Part shown: piece after piece, positions 50,537-58,757 of the stretch
Layout of the letters: every line of letters begins with the position of its first letter
How positions within the stretch are numbered: position 1 is the stretch's first letter
Origin: Chitinophagaceae bacterium
GTDB taxonomy: Bacteria; Bacteroidota; Bacteroidia; Chitinophagales; Chitinophagaceae
Assembly (NCBI GenBank): GCA_039811325.1
Contig: JBDHYH010000004.1
Coordinates: 2,636 to 66,635 of the forward strand
Direction of reading: 5' to 3'
Length of the DNA stretch: 64,000 nucleotides
Translations under genes and position numbers: made by a program
The notes under the pieces: generated by a model
Told to the model about the DNA's origin: nothing
Database searches by the model: none
The model's input: the letters and a program-made list of their open reading frames with translations, nothing else

Positions 50537-51742
50537 TTATTGAAATACACGCACATAATCCACGATCATTCTCTGGGGAAAAGTGGTAGTTGCATCAGGG
50601 TTTCCCGGCCAATTGCCACCTACAGCCACATTCATTATAAAGAAGAAAGGCGCATTGAAAGGATAATCGCTTCCTACATCTGATTTGTTGACTTCAAGTA
50701 ACATTACGTCATCCACGAACACTTGCACTTTATCTTCTTTCCACACCATAGAGAATACATGAAACTGATCGTAGAATGATCCGCTGCTGAGGGAGTAAGA
50801 ATTTCCCTTTGAACCATGCGTTACAGAGCCATAATGCAATGTGCTGTACATTTTTGATGGTTCATGCCCCAGCAATTCCATGATGTCGATTTCTCCGCAT
50901 CCCGGCCAGGGCTTTGTTGCAATATTACTTCCCAGCATCCACAATGCAGGCCAGATGCCTTTGCCCTTTGGCAACTTAGCGCGGATATCTATTCTGCCAA
51001 ATTGAAATTGCTTTTTGTTTTGAGTGGTCAATCTTGCAGAAGTATAGTTGAATCCGCTTACACTTTCTTTTCTTGCTTCTATGATGAGGTTGCCATTCGA
51101 TACCAGGACATTCTTTGAATTGTTCGTGTAATATTCCAGTTCGTTATTTCCCCATCCGGAAGCGCCATTTCCAATTTCATAATTCCAGTCATCGGTGTTC
51201 AAAGTATTTCCAGTGAATTCATCACTCCATGTAAGAGTGTAGCCGGGATAATTGTCGGGAGTCGTAAAGCCGGTATTGTCTGTTACGAAGTTGGTTCCGT
51301 TTTCTGTGATGATGGTGCCTGTGGCAGTACCATCTCCAATTGTTCCATTTTTAGAATTACTCAACTGAACGGAAAACTCAAGGTTGTTCTCTCTGGTATC
51401 CGTCGGGTCTCCTGCTATCTGAACCGTGATCTCAGCATTGGATTGATTGGGGGCAAAGGTAACAGTACCTGTTGCAGCGGTGAAGTTGGTACCAGCCTTA
51501 GCAGTTCCATCTTTCAATGCATAATCAACGGAAACGCTGACAGAGGTAGTTCTGTCGAGTGTTACCCTGAAATGCATCACTGTTGGGGAAGTGCCTCGTG
51601 CCTGTGAAGCATCTTCTATTTTAATTGATGGCACTACTGCCGGTGGAACATCTTTCTTTTTGCTACACGACAAAAACAAAGTCGCAAATCCCAAAAAGAA
51701 AATATTTAAACACAACAATTTCAGAGGTAAGTACTTCTCCAT
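50537..51742 (-). CDS. GH16 beta-1,3-glucanase with Calx-beta domain, lipoprotein
   Basis: Lipobox FLSC; VDYALKDGTA...GTVTF Calx-beta; WSDEF, GWGNNELEYY, WPALWM, GEIDIME; start MEKYL at 51742. Confidence 0.92.
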   Translation of the reverse strand: MEKYLPLKLLCLNIFFLGFATLFLSCSKKKDVPPAVVPSIKIEDASQARGTSPTVMHFRVTLDRTTSVSVSVDYALKDGTAKAGTNFTAATGTVTFAPNQSNAEITVQIAGDPTDTRENNLEFSVQLSNSKNGTIGDGTATGTIITENGTNFVTDNTGFTTPDNYPGYTLTWSDEFTGNTLNTDDWNYEIGNGASGWGNNELEYYTNNSKNVLVSNGNLIIEARKESVSGFNYTSARLTTQNKKQFQFGRIDIRAKLPKGKGIWPALWMLGSNIATKPWPGCGEIDIMELLGHEPSKMYSTLHYGSVTHGSKGNSYSLSSGSFYDQFHVFSMVWKEDKVQVFVDDVMLLEVNKSDVGSDYPFNAPFFFIMNVAVGGNWPGNPDATTTFPQRMIVDYVRVFQ

Positions 51743-51846
51743 CCCATTAATTTTTTGCCATTCTAAATTTATGACGTATAAGGTTGATACACCCATCCAA
51801 AACTCCGCTTTTTCGATCACCTCAACCTTCCTCAACCATCCTCCCC

Positions 51847-52779
51847 TTACTGTGCTTTCAACTTCAGATACCAGGCATTTCCTGTTTCAGTACCTTGCAC
51901 TCTCAAGTACATATCAGTCGGAGTAATCGTCATGATTTCATACTCCTTCAGCAAAGCGCCGTAGCCGATAAATGTCGTATTTCCTGAAAGCAGAATTGCC
52001 GTTTGTGTGGATGGTGCAGAGGCTGCAACACCGGAACTGGAAGGTACAAACGAAAATGCAGAAGATCCTCCTGAATAGCTGTAACAAGCTTCACTTCCAG
52101 AAGATGGAATTCCCGGTAACCCACCCGCTAATGATCCCGTTTTTGTAAATGCACCATCCGGAGTTGCTGTAGTCAGAGTGTAGCCGTTCGGTGTTTTTGT
52201 AAACGTGAAACTGGCTGTATAAAAACAGTTACAGCAATTTACTTTTTCATTTATTGCTGCAGACCACCATTCCGGAGTTACAGATGTAGCGCTCCACGGA
52301 CCTACACCGAAGTGACCAGCTACGTCTTTGTTTACTTTCCAGGTTTTGGAACCGGAACCGGTGAGGTCTGCTACGATCTGTGCATCAGGGGTGAAATCAC
52401 TTCTTACTTCTATCTCTGTTGTTACCACTGTAGAGGTAGCTCCGGGCCCGTATGCCACCACAGTTACAGTGTATTTATTCAGGCCTAAGTTTGTATATTT
52501 TTTTGTTGCTACCGGTTTGTCCAGGTGTTGTAGGTTGATACCATCTGCAGCATTATAGTCTATCATATAGGATAGTACATTCTTGCCACTGAGCGTAAAT
52601 TGTACATCACCAGATCCATCACCATTAGGATGATTGGCATCCTGGCCGGCTATCTGAGCTATAATCGTTACTTCTGATGGTGCTGTAAGTGCGCCCATCT
52701 GGTACTCTGTTTTCTTACAACTGCCAAAAAACAGGATGGCAAGAAAAAACAGTACTGCATAATTTCTAAATATTTTCAT
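51847..52779 (-). CDS. Putative surface glycan-binding lipoprotein (PKD-like)
   Basis: Lipobox FGSC, GDGSG, SKTWKV...GHFGVGP; position within PUL. Confidence 0.75.
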   Translation of the reverse strand: MKIFRNYAVLFFLAILFFGSCKKTEYQMGALTAPSEVTIIAQIAGQDANHPNGDGSGDVQFTLSGKNVLSYMIDYNAADGINLQHLDKPVATKKYTNLGLNKYTVTVVAYGPGATSTVVTTEIEVRSDFTPDAQIVADLTGSGSKTWKVNKDVAGHFGVGPWSATSVTPEWWSAAINEKVNCCNCFYTASFTFTKTPNGYTLTTATPDGAFTKTGSLAGGLPGIPSSGSEACYSYSGGSSAFSFVPSSSGVAASAPSTQTAILLSGNTTFIGYGALLKEYEIMTITPTDMYLRVQGTETGNAWYLKLKAQ

Positions 52780-52789
52780 GTCAAAAATT

Positions 52790-53887
52790 TTAATTGGTTT
52801 GGGTGAAGTTGTCAACGTAGATAATAGCTCCTGCACCATCTACAGCATCGTTAAAGCGCAATACCAACTGGCCAAATTTTTCATTGGCAGGAATAGCTCC
52901 TATAGTTCCGTAGTCGAAAGTGAGTTCTTCCCACTGGCCGGATTTTGTAAGAGGTACTTTCAATACAGCAACACCATTAGAGAGGCTGGATCCTGATTCA
53001 AGTTCTACATTGAGTTTGGCTCCTATGAGGCTTGGATCAGGATTATACACCAGCACTTTGATTTTTTTTCCATTGGCCATGTCTATTGGATTGTCAAGCG
53101 GGCTGTAGGTACCACTCCATCCCTGGCTACCTCTCACAAACTTTCCGACTTTTGCAGAGATGTTCAGGCCGGTGGCAGAGGGATTGGCGACAATGGAAAA
53201 TTGTTGGTTGTCTCCAAAGGTTCCAAAGAAATAATTGATATTAGGATTGTCGAATGTTATAGGCAATCCAAAGGGGTCCACTATTTTTACAGATACTGTT
53301 TTGGTTGTAACAGCAACGCCACCGCTTTGAGCTACCACCTTTACATTATAATTTCCGGCTGTGGTATAGGTGTGGCTCACTTCTGCATCTTTTGCAAGAG
53401 GTGTTCCTGTCTCATTGGGCACATCACCAAAAAATACTGTGAATGAAGCTGCATAGAGCGCATCTGCTGATACCGTCAAATTGTGCACATCCACGTTTGT
53501 TGTTACTTCCAGGTTTTCAGGGGCACGATACACAACATCGAGTGGATAGGTAGAAGTAACTTCCTCGCCGGAAAGGCTTTTGGAAATAATAGTGACTGTA
53601 TATTTTCCTTCCGGGTAATAATGTACTGCATTGTATCCGGGCATTACATCTGCTTCTGCGTCTGCTCCGGCACCATGACCAAACTTTACCACAAATGAAG
53701 CTGCGCCTTCGGCAGTAGGGGTGATGGTAACCTTTCCACTGTTGTCATTGGTGATTTGAAATAGTTTGTCTGGGTTGTTTACCTTGGCAGAACTCAGGAA
53801 TGATGTATCATCGTCGATCCCATCCTTCTCACAACCAATAAATGTGGCTGCAAGCAAGAACATGAGAAATATAGGAATTCGTTTCAT
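52790..53887 (-). CDS. Putative surface glycan-binding lipoprotein (PKD repeats plus CBM-like domain)
   Basis: Lipobox FIGC, SHTYTTAGNY PKD motif, WEELTFD; directly downstream of susD. Confidence 0.78.
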   Translation of the reverse strand: MKRIPIFLMFLLAATFIGCEKDGIDDDTSFLSSAKVNNPDKLFQITNDNSGKVTITPTAEGAASFVVKFGHGAGADAEADVMPGYNAVHYYPEGKYTVTIISKSLSGEEVTSTYPLDVVYRAPENLEVTTNVDVHNLTVSADALYAASFTVFFGDVPNETGTPLAKDAEVSHTYTTAGNYNVKVVAQSGGVAVTTKTVSVKIVDPFGLPITFDNPNINYFFGTFGDNQQFSIVANPSATGLNISAKVGKFVRGSQGWSGTYSPLDNPIDMANGKKIKVLVYNPDPSLIGAKLNVELESGSSLSNGVAVLKVPLTKSGQWEELTFDYGTIGAIPANEKFGQLVLRFNDAVDGAGAIIYVDNFTQTN

Positions 53888-53899
53888 TTGCTTACTTTT

Positions 53900-55411
53900 T
53901 TAATAGTTTGGATTTTGAACCAGTTTGGTGCCTTGCAATTCACCAGATGGAATAGGAAATATTTCATTCTTGCCAGCTACGAATCCGCGACTTGCAAGTT
54001 TTGTTGCAGCATCACCCCAGCGAACCAAATCAAAGAAGCGATGCCCTTCTCCAGCCAGTTCCAGTCTCCTTTCAGTTTTAATGGCATCCATTGATACGGG
54101 TACAGAAGGTAATCCTACCCTGGCCCTCACTGCGTTGAGCAAAGCTTGTGCACGAGAGCCGGTGCCACCAAGTGCCTCAGCTTCCATCAGGTAGCAGTCA
54201 GCAAGCCTGATGATATAATCATCTTGTTTGAAGTTCAGTTCCACAGCTCCACCGCCCGTACGCACGTCAGAAGCATGAGGCATAAATTTATTCAGGAAAT
54301 AACCTGTGTTTTTGTATCCTGCTATGTAGTCTGCCTGCCCGGACGCTACCAGTGCATTCATGTCGAGAACGGTGGCAGAAAATCGTGGGTCATTTTTGAT
54401 GAGGTCATAGAAATCCTGTGTCCATACATTGAAACTCCATCCTGATACAATGTCAGGAGCATTGGGCCCTTTTTTCTGATAACTTCTCGGGGCTACCATG
54501 ATATTTACAGAATTTCCTTCATCAGCACTGCTGCCCCAGAATCCCCAGTCTGCATTGGATTGATCAGTGTGTACACATTCTAATACAGATTCAGGATTGA
54601 ACTTATTCGTAAACACCCACAGATCAGAAAACTTAGGCAGCAGGTAATTGCCATATTGATTAGGTTGTCCTGGCGTTGGGCCGTTTACTTCCGCAAGCAT
54701 TGCAGCTGCTTCTGATTTTTTATTATCATACAAATAAACTTTTCCCAGCATTGCCTGTGCTGCACCTTTGGTAAGGCGTCCGGCCTCTGTAGCTAAGTTC
54801 ACAGTAGGAGGCAGGTCAGGAATTGCTTCTGACAAATCCTTTTCGATTTGTGTGTAAACCTCTGTAGATGGCACCTGTGTTACATTGTAAATATCAGTAG
54901 TGCTCAATGGCTCAATAATCAATGGAACGTTTTTAAACATTCTCACCAGGTTGAAATAATAAATGGCCCGAAGTGCTTTGGTCTCTGCCGTAAATCTCGC
55001 TTTTTCTGATGCGTCCATAGGTACATCAGGAAGTTTTTTCAACAATATATTAGCTCTGAAAACACCCTGGTAATGATCGCTCCAAAAACTTCCGGGCATG
55101 ATGTTGGGGTTCAGTGTATAATTTGAGAAACCCTGGATGCCCGCACCATCTGATGAACTGCCACCACCTGCATAGTTATCATCTGAACCTGCATTCATCA
55201 TGGTGATCATGTTTTCAAAACCACCGGCATTCTTTCTTAATACATCATACACAGCTACCAAACCTGCATAGGCCTGGTCGCGATTCGCATAATAGTTCCC
55301 ACTCAGGAACTGGCCTTTCGGCTCCAGTGTTATAAAATCTTTGTTGCAGGAAGCCAGCATCGTAAAGAGCAGGATCACCGGCAGTGCAACTTTTATCTGA
55401 ATTCGTTTCAT
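53900..55411 (-). CDS. SusD/RagB family lipoprotein
   Basis: LASC, YQGVFRAN, GRLTKGAA, IRLAD, ERRLELAGEGHRFFDLVRW, QNPNY. Confidence 0.97.
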   Translation of the reverse strand: MKRIQIKVALPVILLFTMLASCNKDFITLEPKGQFLSGNYYANRDQAYAGLVAVYDVLRKNAGGFENMITMMNAGSDDNYAGGGSSSDGAGIQGFSNYTLNPNIMPGSFWSDHYQGVFRANILLKKLPDVPMDASEKARFTAETKALRAIYYFNLVRMFKNVPLIIEPLSTTDIYNVTQVPSTEVYTQIEKDLSEAIPDLPPTVNLATEAGRLTKGAAQAMLGKVYLYDNKKSEAAAMLAEVNGPTPGQPNQYGNYLLPKFSDLWVFTNKFNPESVLECVHTDQSNADWGFWGSSADEGNSVNIMVAPRSYQKKGPNAPDIVSGWSFNVWTQDFYDLIKNDPRFSATVLDMNALVASGQADYIAGYKNTGYFLNKFMPHASDVRTGGGAVELNFKQDDYIIRLADCYLMEAEALGGTGSRAQALLNAVRARVGLPSVPVSMDAIKTERRLELAGEGHRFFDLVRWGDAATKLASRGFVAGKNEIFPIPSGELQGTKLVQNPNY

Positions 55412-55432
55412 ATAATTCGTTTTAATGGATTT

Positions 55433-58400
55433 TTAAAATGAAAGTTGAATACCACCCATAAATGATCTTGCCTGGGGATACTGTCCTTTGTCAATTCCAA
55501 AAACACCACCACCCACTTCAGGATCGTATCCGGTGTATTTTGTCAGCGTTACAAGGTTTTCGGCAGTTACGTAAACTCGCAGCCTGCTGATACCTGTTCT
55601 GCTTATTAAATGATTTGGAATAGTGTATCCTATTTGCAGCAGTTTCAATCTTAGGTAGTCTCCATCCTCGAGGTAGAAATCAGACATCCTTGTAAAGTTG
55701 CCATTCGGATCTGAGTCGGTCAGCCGTGGAAATGTGTTTGATGTTCCTTCACCATGCCAGCGACTCATTGCCTTAGTGCTGTAATTGGCAGTAAGGATAT
55801 CGAGCCTGCGCAATCCCTGGAAGATCTTATTGCCCGCCGCACCTTGTCCGAATACCATCAGGTCAAATCCTTTGTAGTCCAGGTTGATCGTAAAACCGAA
55901 GGTGTATTTAGGAAGGTTGCTTCCAAGAAAAGTTTTATCAAGGTCGCCACTGGTTATTTTACCATCGCCGTCCAGGTCAGCCCATTTAAAATCACCGGGG
56001 CGTGCATCAGGCTGTATCAGGCCACCGGCCTTGTTTGTATAGCTCTGTATTTCCTGTTCGTTTTGGAAAATTCCGAGTGTCTTGTATCCAAAGAAACTGT
56101 TGTATGATTGTCCTACTTGTATGCGTGTTACAGTGCTCATGGATTGGAAGCTGGCTCCACCTCCGATGAAGTTGGTATCAGCCGATACATAAGTAACTGT
56201 ATTTTTCAGGTAAGAACCATTGGCATTTACGGATAAATTGAAATCGCCAAAACTCTTTCTGTATCCTAATTCCAATTCAACACCGGTATTCTTCATGTCG
56301 GCCACATTACCCCATGGTGAGGATGATACACCCACATATCCAGGTATAGAAACTGGCCTGAGGATGCCTGATGTTTTTTTATTGAACCAATCAAAGCTGA
56401 TGTTGAAATTATTCAGAAAGGTAGCGTCAAAACCTACATCTGCAGATTTGGTCTCTTCCCAATGCAGGTTTGGATTGTCAAGTGTTTCGGGAGCATATCC
56501 GGTAGTAACAGCACCGCTGTTTCCCAGTGAATAATTGAATCCACCAACAACAAGCGAGAGGTATCTGAAATCGTCCATAGCATCATTACCTACTACACCG
56601 TATCCACCACGTATCTTAAGAGTATTGATGGCTGAAATATTCTTAAAGAACTCTTCCCGATGTACATTCCATCCTGCAGAGAAGGAAGGGAATACCCCAT
56701 ACTTTTTATTGCTACCGAATTTGGTAGATCCATCTCTTCTGACAATCCCGGTCAGCAAATACTTGTCTTTGAAGGAATAATTCAATCTTCCGAATAAAGA
56801 TGATATCTTATGCTCTATGAAGTCTCCCGAATAGCCATCCCTGTTAGCAAGGCCTACATCGAAACCGAAGGAAGCATCTTTATAACTATTGATGGGTAGA
56901 TTGTAAAAGGTCATTCCAACATAACCGCCAATGTTTTCAACATAAGCGCCCTGGCCTACCAGCACGGTCAGGTCATGGTTGCCAAATGTATTGCTGTAAG
57001 TGATGGTGTTTTCAATATTCCAGCTATAGGCTTTGTTTTCTCCTTTACCATAGCTGTTCTTATTGGTCTGTACCGTATTGCTCAGGAAATATTCCGGTGT
57101 GAACCCGATATTTCCCCAAAATGCTTTTTTGACACCAATGGTTGATCGTAAAGTCAGTGTGGATATAGGCTTCGCTTCCAGGAAGGCATTGCCAACAAAG
57201 TCATCAGACCAGTTGTATTGTCCGAGCCTGGTTTGGATATACGCTATAGGGTTTGTCATTTCCTGGCCTACATAACTGGATATACCGTAAGGGTCCCCTT
57301 TTTTATCACGGATAATATTTGGGTTGTTATAAATGACTGCATTGGGCTGAGAAGCAATATCGGTTACGACCAATGGTGTCAGAGGATCCAGGTTGATTGC
57401 CGAACTCAAAGGCCCTCCGAATTCACTGTTGGTATTTCCCAAACCGGTTGACTTTTGATGAGTATATCCAAGGGTTTGGCCGAAAGTGAAAAATTTTGAA
57501 ATCTTGTGTGTTGAATTCAACCGCAGGTTCAGTTTATTATAATTTGAGATATCAGTAGTTACGATACCATCTTGCGATTGCATTCCTGCGGAAAAATAGA
57601 AAGTAGATTTTTCATTTCCACCGCTAAGGCTTACTTCATTAGAATATCGTGGCGCAGAGAAGTTGAAGATAGCCTTCTGCCAGTCGGTACCCTTGCCCAG
57701 GTTACTCACGTTGGGAAAGAGAATTCCATTTCCCGCAGCTACAGAACTTTCATTTCTCAACACTGCATATTCTGTTGCATTCAATAATTTCAGGATTCGC
57801 TCAGGTTGAGAAATACCATAATAACCATTATAATTCACACGCATATGGCCAGCCTTTCCTTTCTTGGTTGTGATCAGAATGACGCCCCCTGCTGCCCTGG
57901 TACCATAGATGGCTGCCGAAGCAGCATCTTTCAGTACTTCTATGGAGGCAATATCTGATTGATTGAGATACCCGATACCACCAGGGTCAATAACGACACC
58001 ATCCACTACATACAATGGATCGTTATCGTTGAAGGTGGTGATACCCCGGATACGAATCGTGGATGGCGAACCTGGCTGACCGGAATTCTGCATAATGGTT
58101 ACTCCTGATACACGCCCTTGCAAGGCCTGTTCTATTCTTCCATTTGGGACATCTTCCAGGTCAGATGCTTTTATAGAGGATATAGCACCAGTCACATTTG
58201 ACTTCTTCTGCGTACCATATCCTACCACCACCACTTCGCTTAGCGACTTATTAGTAGGTACCAGTGATATATTATATGTAAGATTACTGGACGTAAGCGC
58301 TACCTCCTGTGTTATATAATCAGTATAACTTATTACCAACTCTTTGGCATGAGAAGGTACGGACAACGTAAAGTTTCCATTGATGTCCGTTTGTGTCGCG

Positions 58401-58558
58401 ATGGTTGTTCCTTTTACAGTGATTGTAGCGGAAGGAAGGGGAACACCCAGCGAACTACTTGTAACAGTTCCCTGTATTTCCCGGTTCTGACCTTCAGATT
58501 TGAACCCTGCAAGCAGGAGAATGGAGGTTACAAACAACGCGGTAATTTTTAATTTCAT
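55433..58558 (-). CDS. SusC/RagA family TonB-dependent transporter
   Basis: LSEVVVVGYGTQKK, PLYVVDG, VLKDAASAAIYG, RRDGSTKFG, LHWEET, GYDPE, terminal F. Confidence 0.97.
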   Translation of the reverse strand: MKLKITALFVTSILLLAGFKSEGQNREIQGTVTSSSLGVPLPSATITVKGTTIATQTDINGNFTLSVPSHAKELVISYTDYITQEVALTSSNLTYNISLVPTNKSLSEVVVVGYGTQKKSNVTGAISSIKASDLEDVPNGRIEQALQGRVSGVTIMQNSGQPGSPSTIRIRGITTFNDNDPLYVVDGVVIDPGGIGYLNQSDIASIEVLKDAASAAIYGTRAAGGVILITTKKGKAGHMRVNYNGYYGISQPERILKLLNATEYAVLRNESSVAAGNGILFPNVSNLGKGTDWQKAIFNFSAPRYSNEVSLSGGNEKSTFYFSAGMQSQDGIVTTDISNYNKLNLRLNSTHKISKFFTFGQTLGYTHQKSTGLGNTNSEFGGPLSSAINLDPLTPLVVTDIASQPNAVIYNNPNIIRDKKGDPYGISSYVGQEMTNPIAYIQTRLGQYNWSDDFVGNAFLEAKPISTLTLRSTIGVKKAFWGNIGFTPEYFLSNTVQTNKNSYGKGENKAYSWNIENTITYSNTFGNHDLTVLVGQGAYVENIGGYVGMTFYNLPINSYKDASFGFDVGLANRDGYSGDFIEHKISSLFGRLNYSFKDKYLLTGIVRRDGSTKFGSNKKYGVFPSFSAGWNVHREEFFKNISAINTLKIRGGYGVVGNDAMDDFRYLSLVVGGFNYSLGNSGAVTTGYAPETLDNPNLHWEETKSADVGFDATFLNNFNISFDWFNKKTSGILRPVSIPGYVGVSSSPWGNVADMKNTGVELELGYRKSFGDFNLSVNANGSYLKNTVTYVSADTNFIGGGASFQSMSTVTRIQVGQSYNSFFGYKTLGIFQNEQEIQSYTNKAGGLIQPDARPGDFKWADLDGDGKITSGDLDKTFLGSNLPKYTFGFTINLDYKGFDLMVFGQGAAGNKIFQGLRRLDILTANYSTKAMSRWHGEGTSNTFPRLTDSDPNGNFTRMSDFYLEDGDYLRLKLLQIGYTIPNHLISRTGISRLRVYVTAENLVTLTKYTGYDPEVGGGVFGIDKGQYPQARSFMGGIQLSF

Positions 58559-58644
58559 ACGCAGTGTTATTTTTTGTGAAAAATGAATGTTAAGTCGATG
58601 TTATAAAATTAAGAGAGGGAGTACTCGCTTATCAAAAAAAGAGG

Positions 58645-58715
58645 TACTACATGCATACTTCATATTATCTCAGTATCTATTTATTGGAAAATTTTGCTAC
58701 GTCAATTGTACTTCA
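58645..58715. promoter_or_regulatory. Two 7-4-7 direct-repeat operators between susC and the regulator
   Basis: TACTACA-TGCA-TACTTCA (58645-58662) and TACGTCA-ATTG-TACTTCA (58698-58715). Confidence 0.6.
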
Positions 58716-58757
58716 CCTGGAAATTGTTAAATTCACATTCCCAAAAATGGCGGGTTT

